DNA of 50,326 nucleotides from Terriglobia bacterium (lineage in GTDB: Bacteria > Acidobacteriota > Terriglobia > Bryobacterales > JACQDG01): positions 1 through 50,326 of the forward strand of contig JBGOUJ010000002.1 in the NCBI GenBank assembly GCA_041477005.1, in the 5' to 3' direction. This document shows positions 19,728 to 27,785 of the stretch, piece after piece; within the stretch, counting starts at the first letter, position 1, and every line of letters starts with the position of its first letter. A model generated the notes under the pieces. It searched no databases and was not told where the DNA came from. It worked only from the letters and a program-made list of their open reading frames with translations. The position numbers and the translations under genes were made by a program.

Positions 19728-20109
19728 AATCAGGGGCGCTCGATGAGCGTAAGCGATTCCGCCGGAGGCGGAACAAGAAAATATTGGCGGTTTGTTTGGA
19801 ACGGCTTACGTTGTGAATCTCTCGAAAACATCCACAAACTAGTAGGTCTTGGCAGTTTACCCATTTCGTTTCAATAACTTACCCTGTGGAGCCAGATGTG
19901 GATATTGAGCCTCCGACCGGTGTACTTTCTCGGAAAACAAGATGCACGTTTACAACATGTTACAGAATTGACCGTCCCGCCACGTTGAACCAATCCACAC
20001 CTCTTCTGTTTGTAACAATATAGCAGAGTTTCCGTAGCGAAGAAAAGGAAAATATAGAGGGAACAATTGGGGAAGACCGGGGACGGCGGAAGACCAGCGG
20101 TGGGCGCGG

Positions 20110-20138
20110 TTGACAGGCCTTGCGGCAAGGGATAGACT
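20110..20138 (+). promoter_or_regulatory. Sigma70 promoter of tRNA-Pro
   Basis: TTGACA (20110-20115), 17-nt spacer, TAGACT (20133-20138). Confidence 0.75.
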
Positions 20139-20159
20139 GGAGTTGCCGCTTGACAGCGT

Positions 20160-20237
20160 CGGGGCGTGGCTCAGCCTGGTTAGAGCGCCTGGTTCGGGAC
20201 CAGGAGGCCGGTGGTTCAAATCCACTCGCCCCGACCA
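20160..20237 (+). tRNA. tRNA-Pro (anticodon CGG)
   Basis: Acceptor stem CGGGGCG/CGCCCCG, anticodon arm CCTGG-TTCGGGA-CCAGG, T-loop GTTCAAATC, encoded CCA. Confidence 0.97.
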
Positions 20238-20373
20238 AATCTCCTTCCTCTTCCTGCTAATTCCATTGGTCGGGGCCGGGCTGGTCTATTGCGCCCAATC
20301 TGGCGGACGATGGCTTCTCCGCGATCTGGAGGTATAAGACCGGCCGGCGACGATTCCTGAGCCCCACAGGGTC

Positions 20374-20712
20374 TCATGGGATGACCTCCCAACGCGCACC
20401 ACGCCCCCGGCCCACGAGTCGAACCCGGTCGGTCTTCTTCATCCCTGCCAGCACCTTCTTAATGAGTCGTGGACTGGCCGCCGACAACTGCGCCGCCATA
20501 TCGGCCAGGGTGAAACGCTCCACCTGGGCGAGCACGGTCTGCCGAACCAGATCGCTCTTGGCGGGCCGCACCTCAACTGATTCGACCTGACGCTGGAATT
20601 CCTTGTAGGCGGTTCGCAAGAAGCCCAGAAAGTAGTTCCACCACGGAATGATCTCGTTCTTGCCTTCGTGCCACCTTTGTGAGCACGGCTTGAGAACCCG
20701 GTAGGGCTCCTG
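20374..20712 (-). pseudogene. 5'-truncated Fic-family protein (C-terminal helical/HTH part only)
   Basis: QEPYRVLKPCSQRWHEGKNEIIPWWNYFLGFLRTAYKEF...GRGRGARW resembles Fic protein C-termini (from recall); in-frame TAA upstream, no start codon, no HPFxxGNGR motif. Confidence 0.65.
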
Positions 20713-20863
20713 ACTGCCTAGCAGTAGCCTAATAATGGCTTATTGGGCGGCAGGTAGCCAATTGGGGAGTCGGCGAGCGAGCTTTCGCCCGGTTCATGAC
20801 GCCGGGTTAGGCGGTCAAGTGGGAGGTTAACAGAGGGGGGACTATACTCGCCCCGAAAACGCC

Positions 20864-21172
20864 CTACCCGAAAGAACGTCTTCTTTGGTTGGCGCTGGCG
20901 CGTCGGTTCAAGCATCGGGCGACCTGCCCTTCGCTCCCCCGCGTATACTCTCTTCGGTCCAGAGTCCTGCCGTGTCGCTGTCGAATCCGGATCAACAGCG
21001 CTTCAATATGCTTGCAGGTACCCAGGGTGTCTACGGCGAAATCGGGGCACGCGCAGTAGTTCTCGAACCGGCTTGGCCCGCGCAGGGCTACGCGGTAGTT
21101 TTTGCCGCTGGCGGACTCGACGCGATAGTCGCCACCGAGGAAACAGCGCCCTGGTTCCAGTAGCCCAACGTA
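20864..21172 (-). pseudogene. Fragment of a SWIM zinc-finger protein (N-terminus typical of SWIM-SNF2 helicases)
   Basis: Minus frame absent from the ORF track: DYRVESASGKNYRVALRGPSRFENYCACPDFAVDTLGTCKHIEALL (CxC...CxH at 21055-21008); bounded by stops, no clear start. Confidence 0.7.
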
Positions 21173-21423
21173 TCATTTCTCTCAAACCAGCGGAACTTCT
21201 CGATAGTATTAGGATATAGTTCGGGACCGGGACCCCGCGGGTTGAGATACACTTGCCATACAAATGCGCACGGAGTTTACCCCCTCGCGTCTCGTTGGCG
21301 GCCGGTGAACATGTAAAAATGTAAGGACCAATACGCCGGAGAGCGTCCAAATCTTCCTAGTCGGACTAGTCCATTTGGATGGTAGCGCGGCAATGGAAAC
21401 CGAGGTACCATTACCAAGAATCT

Positions 21424-21738
21424 ATGCAGCAACCAAAGGCGCGGGAAAGACGACGCGATTCACGCTACCCCATCACCTGTGAGCTGAGGGCCTTGGAAAT
21501 GCCCGCGATCGGCGGCGCCGGGAGCTCGAAACGGTTGATCCGAGGCCGGCTTCACGACATGAGCAAGGGCGGCTTCTGCGTGCTGACCGATAAGGCATTG
21601 AAGGTGTTGAAGGTAGTGCGGTGCGAGATCGGTCTGGCCAAAGTTCCAGCCGCGATTCCCACGGTTTCGCAGGTTCGATGGATCCAGAAGAACGCCCGCG
21701 GGCCGAGATATCGGATCGGCATGCAGTTCCTCGTTTAG
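21424..21738 (+). CDS. Stand-alone PilZ domain protein
   Basis: ERRRDSR (RxxxR), DMSKGG (DxSxxG), VRW, IGMQF; alternative start at 21379. Confidence 0.8.
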   Translation: MQQPKARERRRDSRYPITCELRALEMPAIGGAGSSKRLIRGRLHDMSKGGFCVLTDKALKVLKVVRCEIGLAKVPAAIPTVSQVRWIQKNARGPRYRIGMQFLV

Positions 21739-21984
21739 CGTCGAAACCTCCCTCTTCCTGGCCGCCAGAGTTTCGTTAGTACCAGTACGAAAGCTGCAAG
21801 TCGAGCTGCTCCCCCGATCCTACCCATTCAGGCTAATCCATTCGGAGTATTGAAAGGTAAGAGCAGATTGGCCGATCATGCCCTTACCACCACTGGGAAC
21901 GGAGAGGTGGTTCCGGTCAAGCATTTGAGCTGGAGCCGAGAGAGATTGAGTTAAAGTTGCTGCTTTTGTGGCGGATACGAATCG

Positions 21985-22036
21985 CTGGGTGGCGGGCTGA
22001 AGGGCGGAAGCTTGCGCAGCCCGGGGCGGCAGCAGA
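21985..22036 (+). promoter_or_regulatory. JUMPstart/ops-like leader element
   Basis: GGCGGAAGCTTG (22003-22014) matches 10 of 12 positions of GGCGGTAGCGTG; lies in a hairpin CTGGG..GCGGGCT/AGCTTGC..CCCGG followed by GGCGGCAGC; a NusG paralog is the second gene of the operon. Confidence 0.55.
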
Positions 22037-22049
22037 AATCCAAGGAATC

Positions 22050-23069
22050 ATGTGCACAGCTAGGATAGCATCACGGGGCGCCGGTGGACTCATCGCGCTG
22101 TTGAGTCTCGTTTGCCAGGCGGCGCAGTTGCCCGCCGGCAACGTGAGGGTGGATGTGGCGGCGCTCGAAGAAAAGACTCCCAAGGCCGTTCGGCAGCCTG
22201 TCAGTTACGTGCTCGGACCTGATGATCAGATTACGATCCGCGTTTTGCAGGTTCCCGAAATCGCCGAAAAGCCCGTGCGGATCGACCTGGACGGCAACAT
22301 CGAGCTTCCCTATCTGGGGCAGGTCCGCGCCGCGGGGCTGACCGCCGAACAACTGAAGAAGGATCTGACGGAGCGGCTGAAGACTTTCGTCCGGGAACCG
22401 CAGGTGTCGGTCGGCGTAGAGGAGTTTCGCAGCCAGCCTGTATCGGTAATTGGCGCGGTGAACACTCCGGGGGTGCAGCAAATCCGGGGGCGCAAGACGC
22501 TGGTTGAGGTTGTCTCGATGGCCGGCGGCTTGCGGCTCGATTGCGGCAACACCCTGAACATCACGCGGCACATGGAGTGGGGCAAGATTCCCCTGCCCAG
22601 CGCGGCGCTGGACGCGACGGGCCAATTCAGCGTCGCCAAGGTGGATCTGAAATCTTTGATGGAGGCCAAGAACCCCGCGGAAAACATCCTGGTGCAGCCG
22701 GACGACGTCATCTCAGTGCCTCGCGCCGAGATGGTCTACGTGGTGGGTGAAGTGCCGAAGGCGGGCGGATTCGTTTTGCAGGAGCGGGAAAAGATGTACC
22801 TGCTGGAGGCGCTGGCGCTGGCGGGCGGCGTGAACAGGACCGCGGCGCCGCAGAACACCAGGATCCTGCGCAAATCATCCTCGAACGCGGACGGCAAGAT
22901 AGAAATCCCCGTCGACTTGACTAAGGTCCTCAACGGGCAGCTCAAGGACGTTCCGTTGCAGCCGCAAGATATCGTATTCATACCCGGCAGCGCTGCCAAG
23001 CGAGCCAGTCTCCGCGCGATCGAGGCCGCCATTCAAATGGGCACCGGAGTCGCGATTTTTCACCGCTGA
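22050..23069 (+). CDS. Polysaccharide export protein (Wza/EpsE-like, Poly_export plus SLBB domains)
   Basis: YVLGPDDQI, DGNIELPYLG, VSVIGAVNTPG, VYVVGEV; signal-like N-terminus; start ATG 22050. Confidence 0.88.
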   Translation: MCTARIASRGAGGLIALLSLVCQAAQLPAGNVRVDVAALEEKTPKAVRQPVSYVLGPDDQITIRVLQVPEIAEKPVRIDLDGNIELPYLGQVRAAGLTAEQLKKDLTERLKTFVREPQVSVGVEEFRSQPVSVIGAVNTPGVQQIRGRKTLVEVVSMAGGLRLDCGNTLNITRHMEWGKIPLPSAALDATGQFSVAKVDLKSLMEAKNPAENILVQPDDVISVPRAEMVYVVGEVPKAGGFVLQEREKMYLLEALALAGGVNRTAAPQNTRILRKSSSNADGKIEIPVDLTKVLNGQLKDVPLQPQDIVFIPGSAAKRASLRAIEAAIQMGTGVAIFHR

Positions 23070-23092
23070 TGGCCGGGGCTGATGGTAGGGGC

Positions 23093-23647
23093 ATGGAAAA
23101 TTCGACCGTTCAATGGTATGCGGTCAAGACCAAGCGATACAAGGAGAACTACGTTCAGTCGCAACTGGAATACGCGCGCATCGAGACGTACTGTCCGCTC
23201 ATGAAGATTCCCAAGAAGCATCTGCGCACGGGCCACCGGCAGATCGAGCCGCTGTTTCCGGGTTACGTTTTCGCGCGCTTCGAGCCGACGACGCAGATCT
23301 TCGATCTGCGGCGCGTGCGGGATGCGGTTTCGGTGGTCTGCTTCGACGGCAAGCCGAAGTGGCTGGACCCCCGCATCATCGGCGAATTTCGCCGTCGCGA
23401 GAAGGGTCGCGGCTATATCAGCGTCCGGTTCGGGAGGAAGCCTCCCGAGGCCGGGGACGGGTCCCGGGACTCTTTGCCCGGGTATGCAGGATTATTTGCG
23501 GGTTATCTCGAGAGCGAGCAGCGCATTTACGCCCTGTTCGGCCTTCTGAGCCCCGAGGCGCCCCCCAAACAGCCGGTCGGCTCCGCGCCTGCCGTCCGGC
23601 ATGCCTCCGTAGCGTCATCCGCTTCTTATGGGCCTCCGGGAGCGTAG
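23093..23647 (+). CDS. NusG-paralog transcription antiterminator (RfaH/UpxY-like)
   Basis: WYAVKTK, IETYCP, EPLFPGYVF NGN motifs; KOW region short and divergent; alternative start at 23069. Confidence 0.82.
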   Translation: MENSTVQWYAVKTKRYKENYVQSQLEYARIETYCPLMKIPKKHLRTGHRQIEPLFPGYVFARFEPTTQIFDLRRVRDAVSVVCFDGKPKWLDPRIIGEFRRREKGRGYISVRFGRKPPEAGDGSRDSLPGYAGLFAGYLESEQRIYALFGLLSPEAPPKQPVGSAPAVRHASVASSASYGPPGA

Positions 23648-23844
23648 AACAGACGTCGGCGCGAATGTTCCGGGGCCGGATTAGAATCCCGGCTGGCAGG
23701 CGGCAGGCGAGCGCCGCGCCGGCTGTTCCGAGACCGTCGGCGATCGAGAGCCCGGTTTAGAGGAAGGGACGGGGGGATGTTGCAGCGGCGGCAAAGCGAA
23801 AACGGCCGGCAGGAGTCGTTCACGACTCCTATAGAGAGGAGATC

Positions 23845-26301
23845 GTGTCACGAAACTTTGACATCCTGAAGAAGGCAAACCGGACAGACGAGTTGTTCAG
23901 TCTCACGCCGGCCGACGGCCAGAAGACGGCTTACAGCGAGGCCCACCGGACCGCTGACAGCCAAGAAAAACTTCCGGTCAAGGATATTTTCCTGGAAGCG
24001 CCTCCCGGCCCGGCGCGCCCCATGCCCCCGCCCCGACCGGCGGAGCCCGCTCCGGAGTTCGGCGGTCTGGTCGACTATGTGCATATGCTGGGCCGGCACC
24101 AGATCTTCATTGCCGCTTCCACGCTGGGGTGCGCGCTGTTCGGTTTGCTGACGGCGCTGCCTCAGAAACCGGTGTACCGGGCGCACGCCACCATCGAGAT
24201 CCAGAATCCGAACGAAAACTTCCTGATGAAGGACCTCGATCCGGGCGCGGCTCCCTCGGTCTCCGGGTCCGACTCGTACGTGGAAACGCAAGCCCGGATT
24301 CTGCGCGACGAATCGACGGTAGAGAAGACGGTGGTGGCAGTAAACCTCGAGCAGCGGCCGGATTTGATCACCAAGACGAACGCTCTGGTCGACTTTGTCG
24401 CCGGCCTGCAGCCGGCCCGGGCAAAACAGGCGCCGCCGTCGCGAGACGAGCTGGTGCGCCTGGCTATCCAGAATCTGACCGTACAGACCAGCGCCCAGAG
24501 CCGCATCGTCGACGTTTTCTTCGACTCGACGGATGCGCAACTGGCGGCCGACTTCGCCAACAAGCTGGCCGAGAACCTTATCGAGCACAATCTGGAGGTC
24601 CGCTGGATGGCCACCAAGCGCCTGGGGGAATGGCTGAACGGCGAGCTGAAGGGCCTTCGGGAGACCTTTTTGCAGTCGTCCGGCGATCTGCAGGCCTATG
24701 CGCGCGCGACCGGCCTCATGATCATCGAAGAAAAGGGAACCACCGCCGCCGAGGAGAGGCTGCGCCAGTTACAGGAGGAGCTCTCGCGAGCCCAGGCCGA
24801 CCGCATATCCAAACAATCGCGCTATGAGGTGTCGTCGTCCCGCTCGGCGGAGGCGCTGCCCGACGTGCTCGACTATCCGACCTTGCGGGAGTCTCAATCC
24901 AAGCTGACTGAACTGCGGCGGCAACTGGCCGACCTGAACGCCGCCTTCCTGCCGACCTACCCTAAGGTGAAGAGCCTGCAGGCGCAGGTCACCGAGCTGG
25001 AGTCGATCGTTCAGAAGGAGCGGAGCAACATCGTAGATCGGGTTCACAACGAATATCTCGCCGCCAAGTCCCGCGAGCAGATGGACCGGACGGTTTACGA
25101 GCAGCAGGTGGGAATCGTCGCCGATCAGGCGGCGAAGGCCATCCAGTACAACCTGCTGAAGCACGGCGTGGACAGCAACCGGACCCTTTACGAAACTCTA
25201 TTGCAGAAGGTGAAGGAAGCCAATGTAGCCTCAGCCATTCGGGCCAGCAACATTCGCATCATCAGCGAGGCCAAGCGGCCTTGGCGTCCTTACAAGCCGA
25301 ACGCCGCCTTCAACGCGGGCATGGGGCTGCTCGCGGGGCTGTTTCTGAGCGTGGCCTTCGTGTTCGTCCGAGAGCACGCCGATCGCAGCCTGCGCTCGCC
25401 GGGCGATGCCGCCACTTTCTTGAACTTGCCGGAGTTGGCGGCGATCCCGTCGGCGGCGCTGTACGGGCGGTCGTCCTTGGGGCTGGCCGGACCGGTTCTG
25501 GACCTGGATCCGGCGGGCAGTGAAAAGCGGAGCGTGGGATTCCTGGCGCGGCATTGGAGAGGCCCGGGAGCGAATCCGCTCCAGTTGGCGGGCTGGGGCG
25601 ACCAGTACTCGATTGTGGCCGAGTCCTTTCGCGCCGCGCTGACCTCACTGTGGTTTCAAGAGCAGCAAAACGGCCGGTCCCACGTCTTCGTGGTCACCAG
25701 CCCCAGTGCGGGGGAAGGAAAGACGACCACGGCCACCAATCTGGGGATTGCGCTGGCCAGCAGCAACCGCCGCGTGTTGCTGATCGACGGGGACCTGCGC
25801 CGGCCAATGCTGGGCAAAGCCTTCGGCCTGGACCAAGTGAGCGGTCTGGCCAACATCCTGGAGGACCGGGATTCCCTGGCGCTTCGTTCCGTGGAAAGCC
25901 TGGTCATGCAAACGCAAGTGCCGGGGCTCTACGTGCTGCCGGGCGGAACCTCCGCAGTGAATATAACGAACCTGCGTTACTACGACCGCCTCATGGAACT
26001 GGTTGCGCAACTGCGTTTGGAGTTCCACACCGTGCTGGTGGATACGCCCCCGGTGCTGGCGTTCTCCGACGCCCGCATCCTGGGCCGGCTTTCCGACGGC
26101 GTCATCCTTGTGGTCCGTGCGGCGAAAACGCAGCGCGACGACGCCGCCGCCGCCTTACGCCGCTTCCAGGAGGACGGCACCCGGGTGTTGGGCACCATTT
26201 TGAATGATTGGAATCCGAAGCAGTCCGGTTACGGCAGCGGGTATCGGTCGTATGGTTACTACTCGGGCCAGGGCCGGGAACAGGCCCAGAGCGGCCGCTG
26301 A
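23845..26301 (+). CDS. wzc: Polysaccharide co-polymerase / tyrosine autokinase
   Basis: Two TMs flanking coiled coils, Walker A SPSAGEGKTT, LIDGDLRRP, VDTPP, C-terminal Tyr cluster GYGSGYRSYGYY. Confidence 0.92.
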   Translation: MSRNFDILKKANRTDELFSLTPADGQKTAYSEAHRTADSQEKLPVKDIFLEAPPGPARPMPPPRPAEPAPEFGGLVDYVHMLGRHQIFIAASTLGCALFGLLTALPQKPVYRAHATIEIQNPNENFLMKDLDPGAAPSVSGSDSYVETQARILRDESTVEKTVVAVNLEQRPDLITKTNALVDFVAGLQPARAKQAPPSRDELVRLAIQNLTVQTSAQSRIVDVFFDSTDAQLAADFANKLAENLIEHNLEVRWMATKRLGEWLNGELKGLRETFLQSSGDLQAYARATGLMIIEEKGTTAAEERLRQLQEELSRAQADRISKQSRYEVSSSRSAEALPDVLDYPTLRESQSKLTELRRQLADLNAAFLPTYPKVKSLQAQVTELESIVQKERSNIVDRVHNEYLAAKSREQMDRTVYEQQVGIVADQAAKAIQYNLLKHGVDSNRTLYETLLQKVKEANVASAIRASNIRIISEAKRPWRPYKPNAAFNAGMGLLAGLFLSVAFVFVREHADRSLRSPGDAATFLNLPELAAIPSAALYGRSSLGLAGPVLDLDPAGSEKRSVGFLARHWRGPGANPLQLAGWGDQYSIVAESFRAALTSLWFQEQQNGRSHVFVVTSPSAGEGKTTTATNLGIALASSNRRVLLIDGDLRRPMLGKAFGLDQVSGLANILEDRDSLALRSVESLVMQTQVPGLYVLPGGTSAVNITNLRYYDRLMELVAQLRLEFHTVLVDTPPVLAFSDARILGRLSDGVILVVRAAKTQRDDAAAALRRFQEDGTRVLGTILNDWNPKQSGYGSGYRSYGYYSGQGREQAQSGR

Positions 26302-26339
26302 AGGGCGAAGACGTTGAGAAAGGGTCAGGTGGAGCAAGA

Positions 26340-27782
26340 GTGAATCGGATCAACCGGGCGCAGACAAATCGCCTCGTGCAGATAGTGTTCGACCTGCTCG
26401 GGCTGCTGGCAGCCTGGTACGGCACCGTCGACCTGCGCCTGCTGTTGAACCCCTACATGAGCCTGCAGCTCAGCCGGGCCGAGCTGGTCGGATTGGCGCC
26501 GCCGCTGACGGGGATCATCCTGCTCTGGCTGGGGGCGGACCTGTGGCTCAAGGCTTCGCGCCCGAAAGGGACCCTGCGCGTCGGCGAGCGGCTGCTGGGC
26601 GTGGCCGAATCCGTGATGCTGGCCAGCACACTGACCATCGTGGTCACGTTTTTCTCGCGGGAGTTTGGCGCCACGCTATCGCGCTCCTTCGTCTTTCTGT
26701 TTGTGCCGGTGAGCTTCGCGACGCTGATGCTGGCTCGGTACGCAGCGCTGATGGTGGTCGCGGCGCTCGAGAGGAGATGGCCGGCGCCGGAGCGGGTGGC
26801 GGTCCTCGGGGAAGGCGAAGAGGCGCGGAGAATCGTGGACCGGGTGCGGAACTCCCGAGAGGCCGTCACTCTAGCCGGCGTGATTCTTCCCGAGCACGCC
26901 TCGGCGGAGGGCCTGGGCAATCCCGTCCCGGTTCTGGGGACCACACGGCAACTGGCGGAGGTCATCAACCACACCCGGCTGGATCGGATCATCGTTGTAA
27001 AGGGCTGCATCAGCGACCAGGAAGTGGATGAATGCGGCGCGATCTCGCAGCGCATGGGCGTGGTACTCAGCCATGCGATCGGCCCGGTCAGCCTCCAGGT
27101 GCGGGTGCGCGTGGCCCACCTGTGCGGCATGCCGCTGGTCGATCTCCGACCGGTGGCCTTCACGCGGCGCCAGGAGATTGTGAAGCGGGGCTTCGACATC
27201 ATCGTATCGGCGGTCGCCCTGATGTTTCTGTCTCCGGTTGCGTTGGTGGTCGCCGCGGTCATCAAGCTGACCTCCGAAGGACCCGTGCTCTTCAAGTCTC
27301 CGCGAGTGGGCCGGGGAGGCCGGTATTTCACCTTCCTGAAGTTCCGCTCCATGTATACGAACCCCAACGGGCGCCAGGCGCTGGCTGCGGTCAACGAGAA
27401 AACCGGTCACATCTTCAAGGTCCGCAACGACCCGCGGATCACCCCGTTCGGCCGCCTCATGCGCAAGTACAGCATTGATGAACTGGCGCAGTTGATCAAC
27501 GTGTTGCGGGGAGACATGAGCCTGGTGGGTCCGCGCCCGCTGCCGGCCGAGGATCTCGACCCGGACGGCCAGAGCCGGGAATTCGCCTTCTGGTCCGAGC
27601 AGAGATCCCGGGTGCTGCCGGGCATTACCGGCCTGTGGCAGATCCGGGGCCGAAGCGACATCGCCTTCGAAGAGATGATCGACCTGGATGTCGAGTACAT
27701 CCGAAACTGGTCGTTCAGTCTGGATCTGCGCATTCTGCTGGAAACGCCGCTGGTCGTCCTGACGGCCAAAGGAGCCTACTAA
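26340..27782 (+). CDS. Priming polyprenyl-phosphate sugar phosphotransferase (WcaJ/WbaP-like)
   Basis: KRGFD, KFRSM, DPRITPFG, DELAQLINVLRGDMSLVGPRP, PGITGLWQ; start GTG 26340. Confidence 0.92.
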   Translation: MNRINRAQTNRLVQIVFDLLGLLAAWYGTVDLRLLLNPYMSLQLSRAELVGLAPPLTGIILLWLGADLWLKASRPKGTLRVGERLLGVAESVMLASTLTIVVTFFSREFGATLSRSFVFLFVPVSFATLMLARYAALMVVAALERRWPAPERVAVLGEGEEARRIVDRVRNSREAVTLAGVILPEHASAEGLGNPVPVLGTTRQLAEVINHTRLDRIIVVKGCISDQEVDECGAISQRMGVVLSHAIGPVSLQVRVRVAHLCGMPLVDLRPVAFTRRQEIVKRGFDIIVSAVALMFLSPVALVVAAVIKLTSEGPVLFKSPRVGRGGRYFTFLKFRSMYTNPNGRQALAAVNEKTGHIFKVRNDPRITPFGRLMRKYSIDELAQLINVLRGDMSLVGPRPLPAEDLDPDGQSREFAFWSEQRSRVLPGITGLWQIRGRSDIAFEEMIDLDVEYIRNWSFSLDLRILLETPLVVLTAKGAY

Positions 27783-27785
27783 AGA

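Noticed and set aside
19950-20337. Short ORFs overlapping tRNA-Pro
   Set aside because: Spurious translations of the tRNA
20885-21163. 92-aa plus-strand ORF
   Set aside because: Codon-aligned antisense of the SWIM fragment
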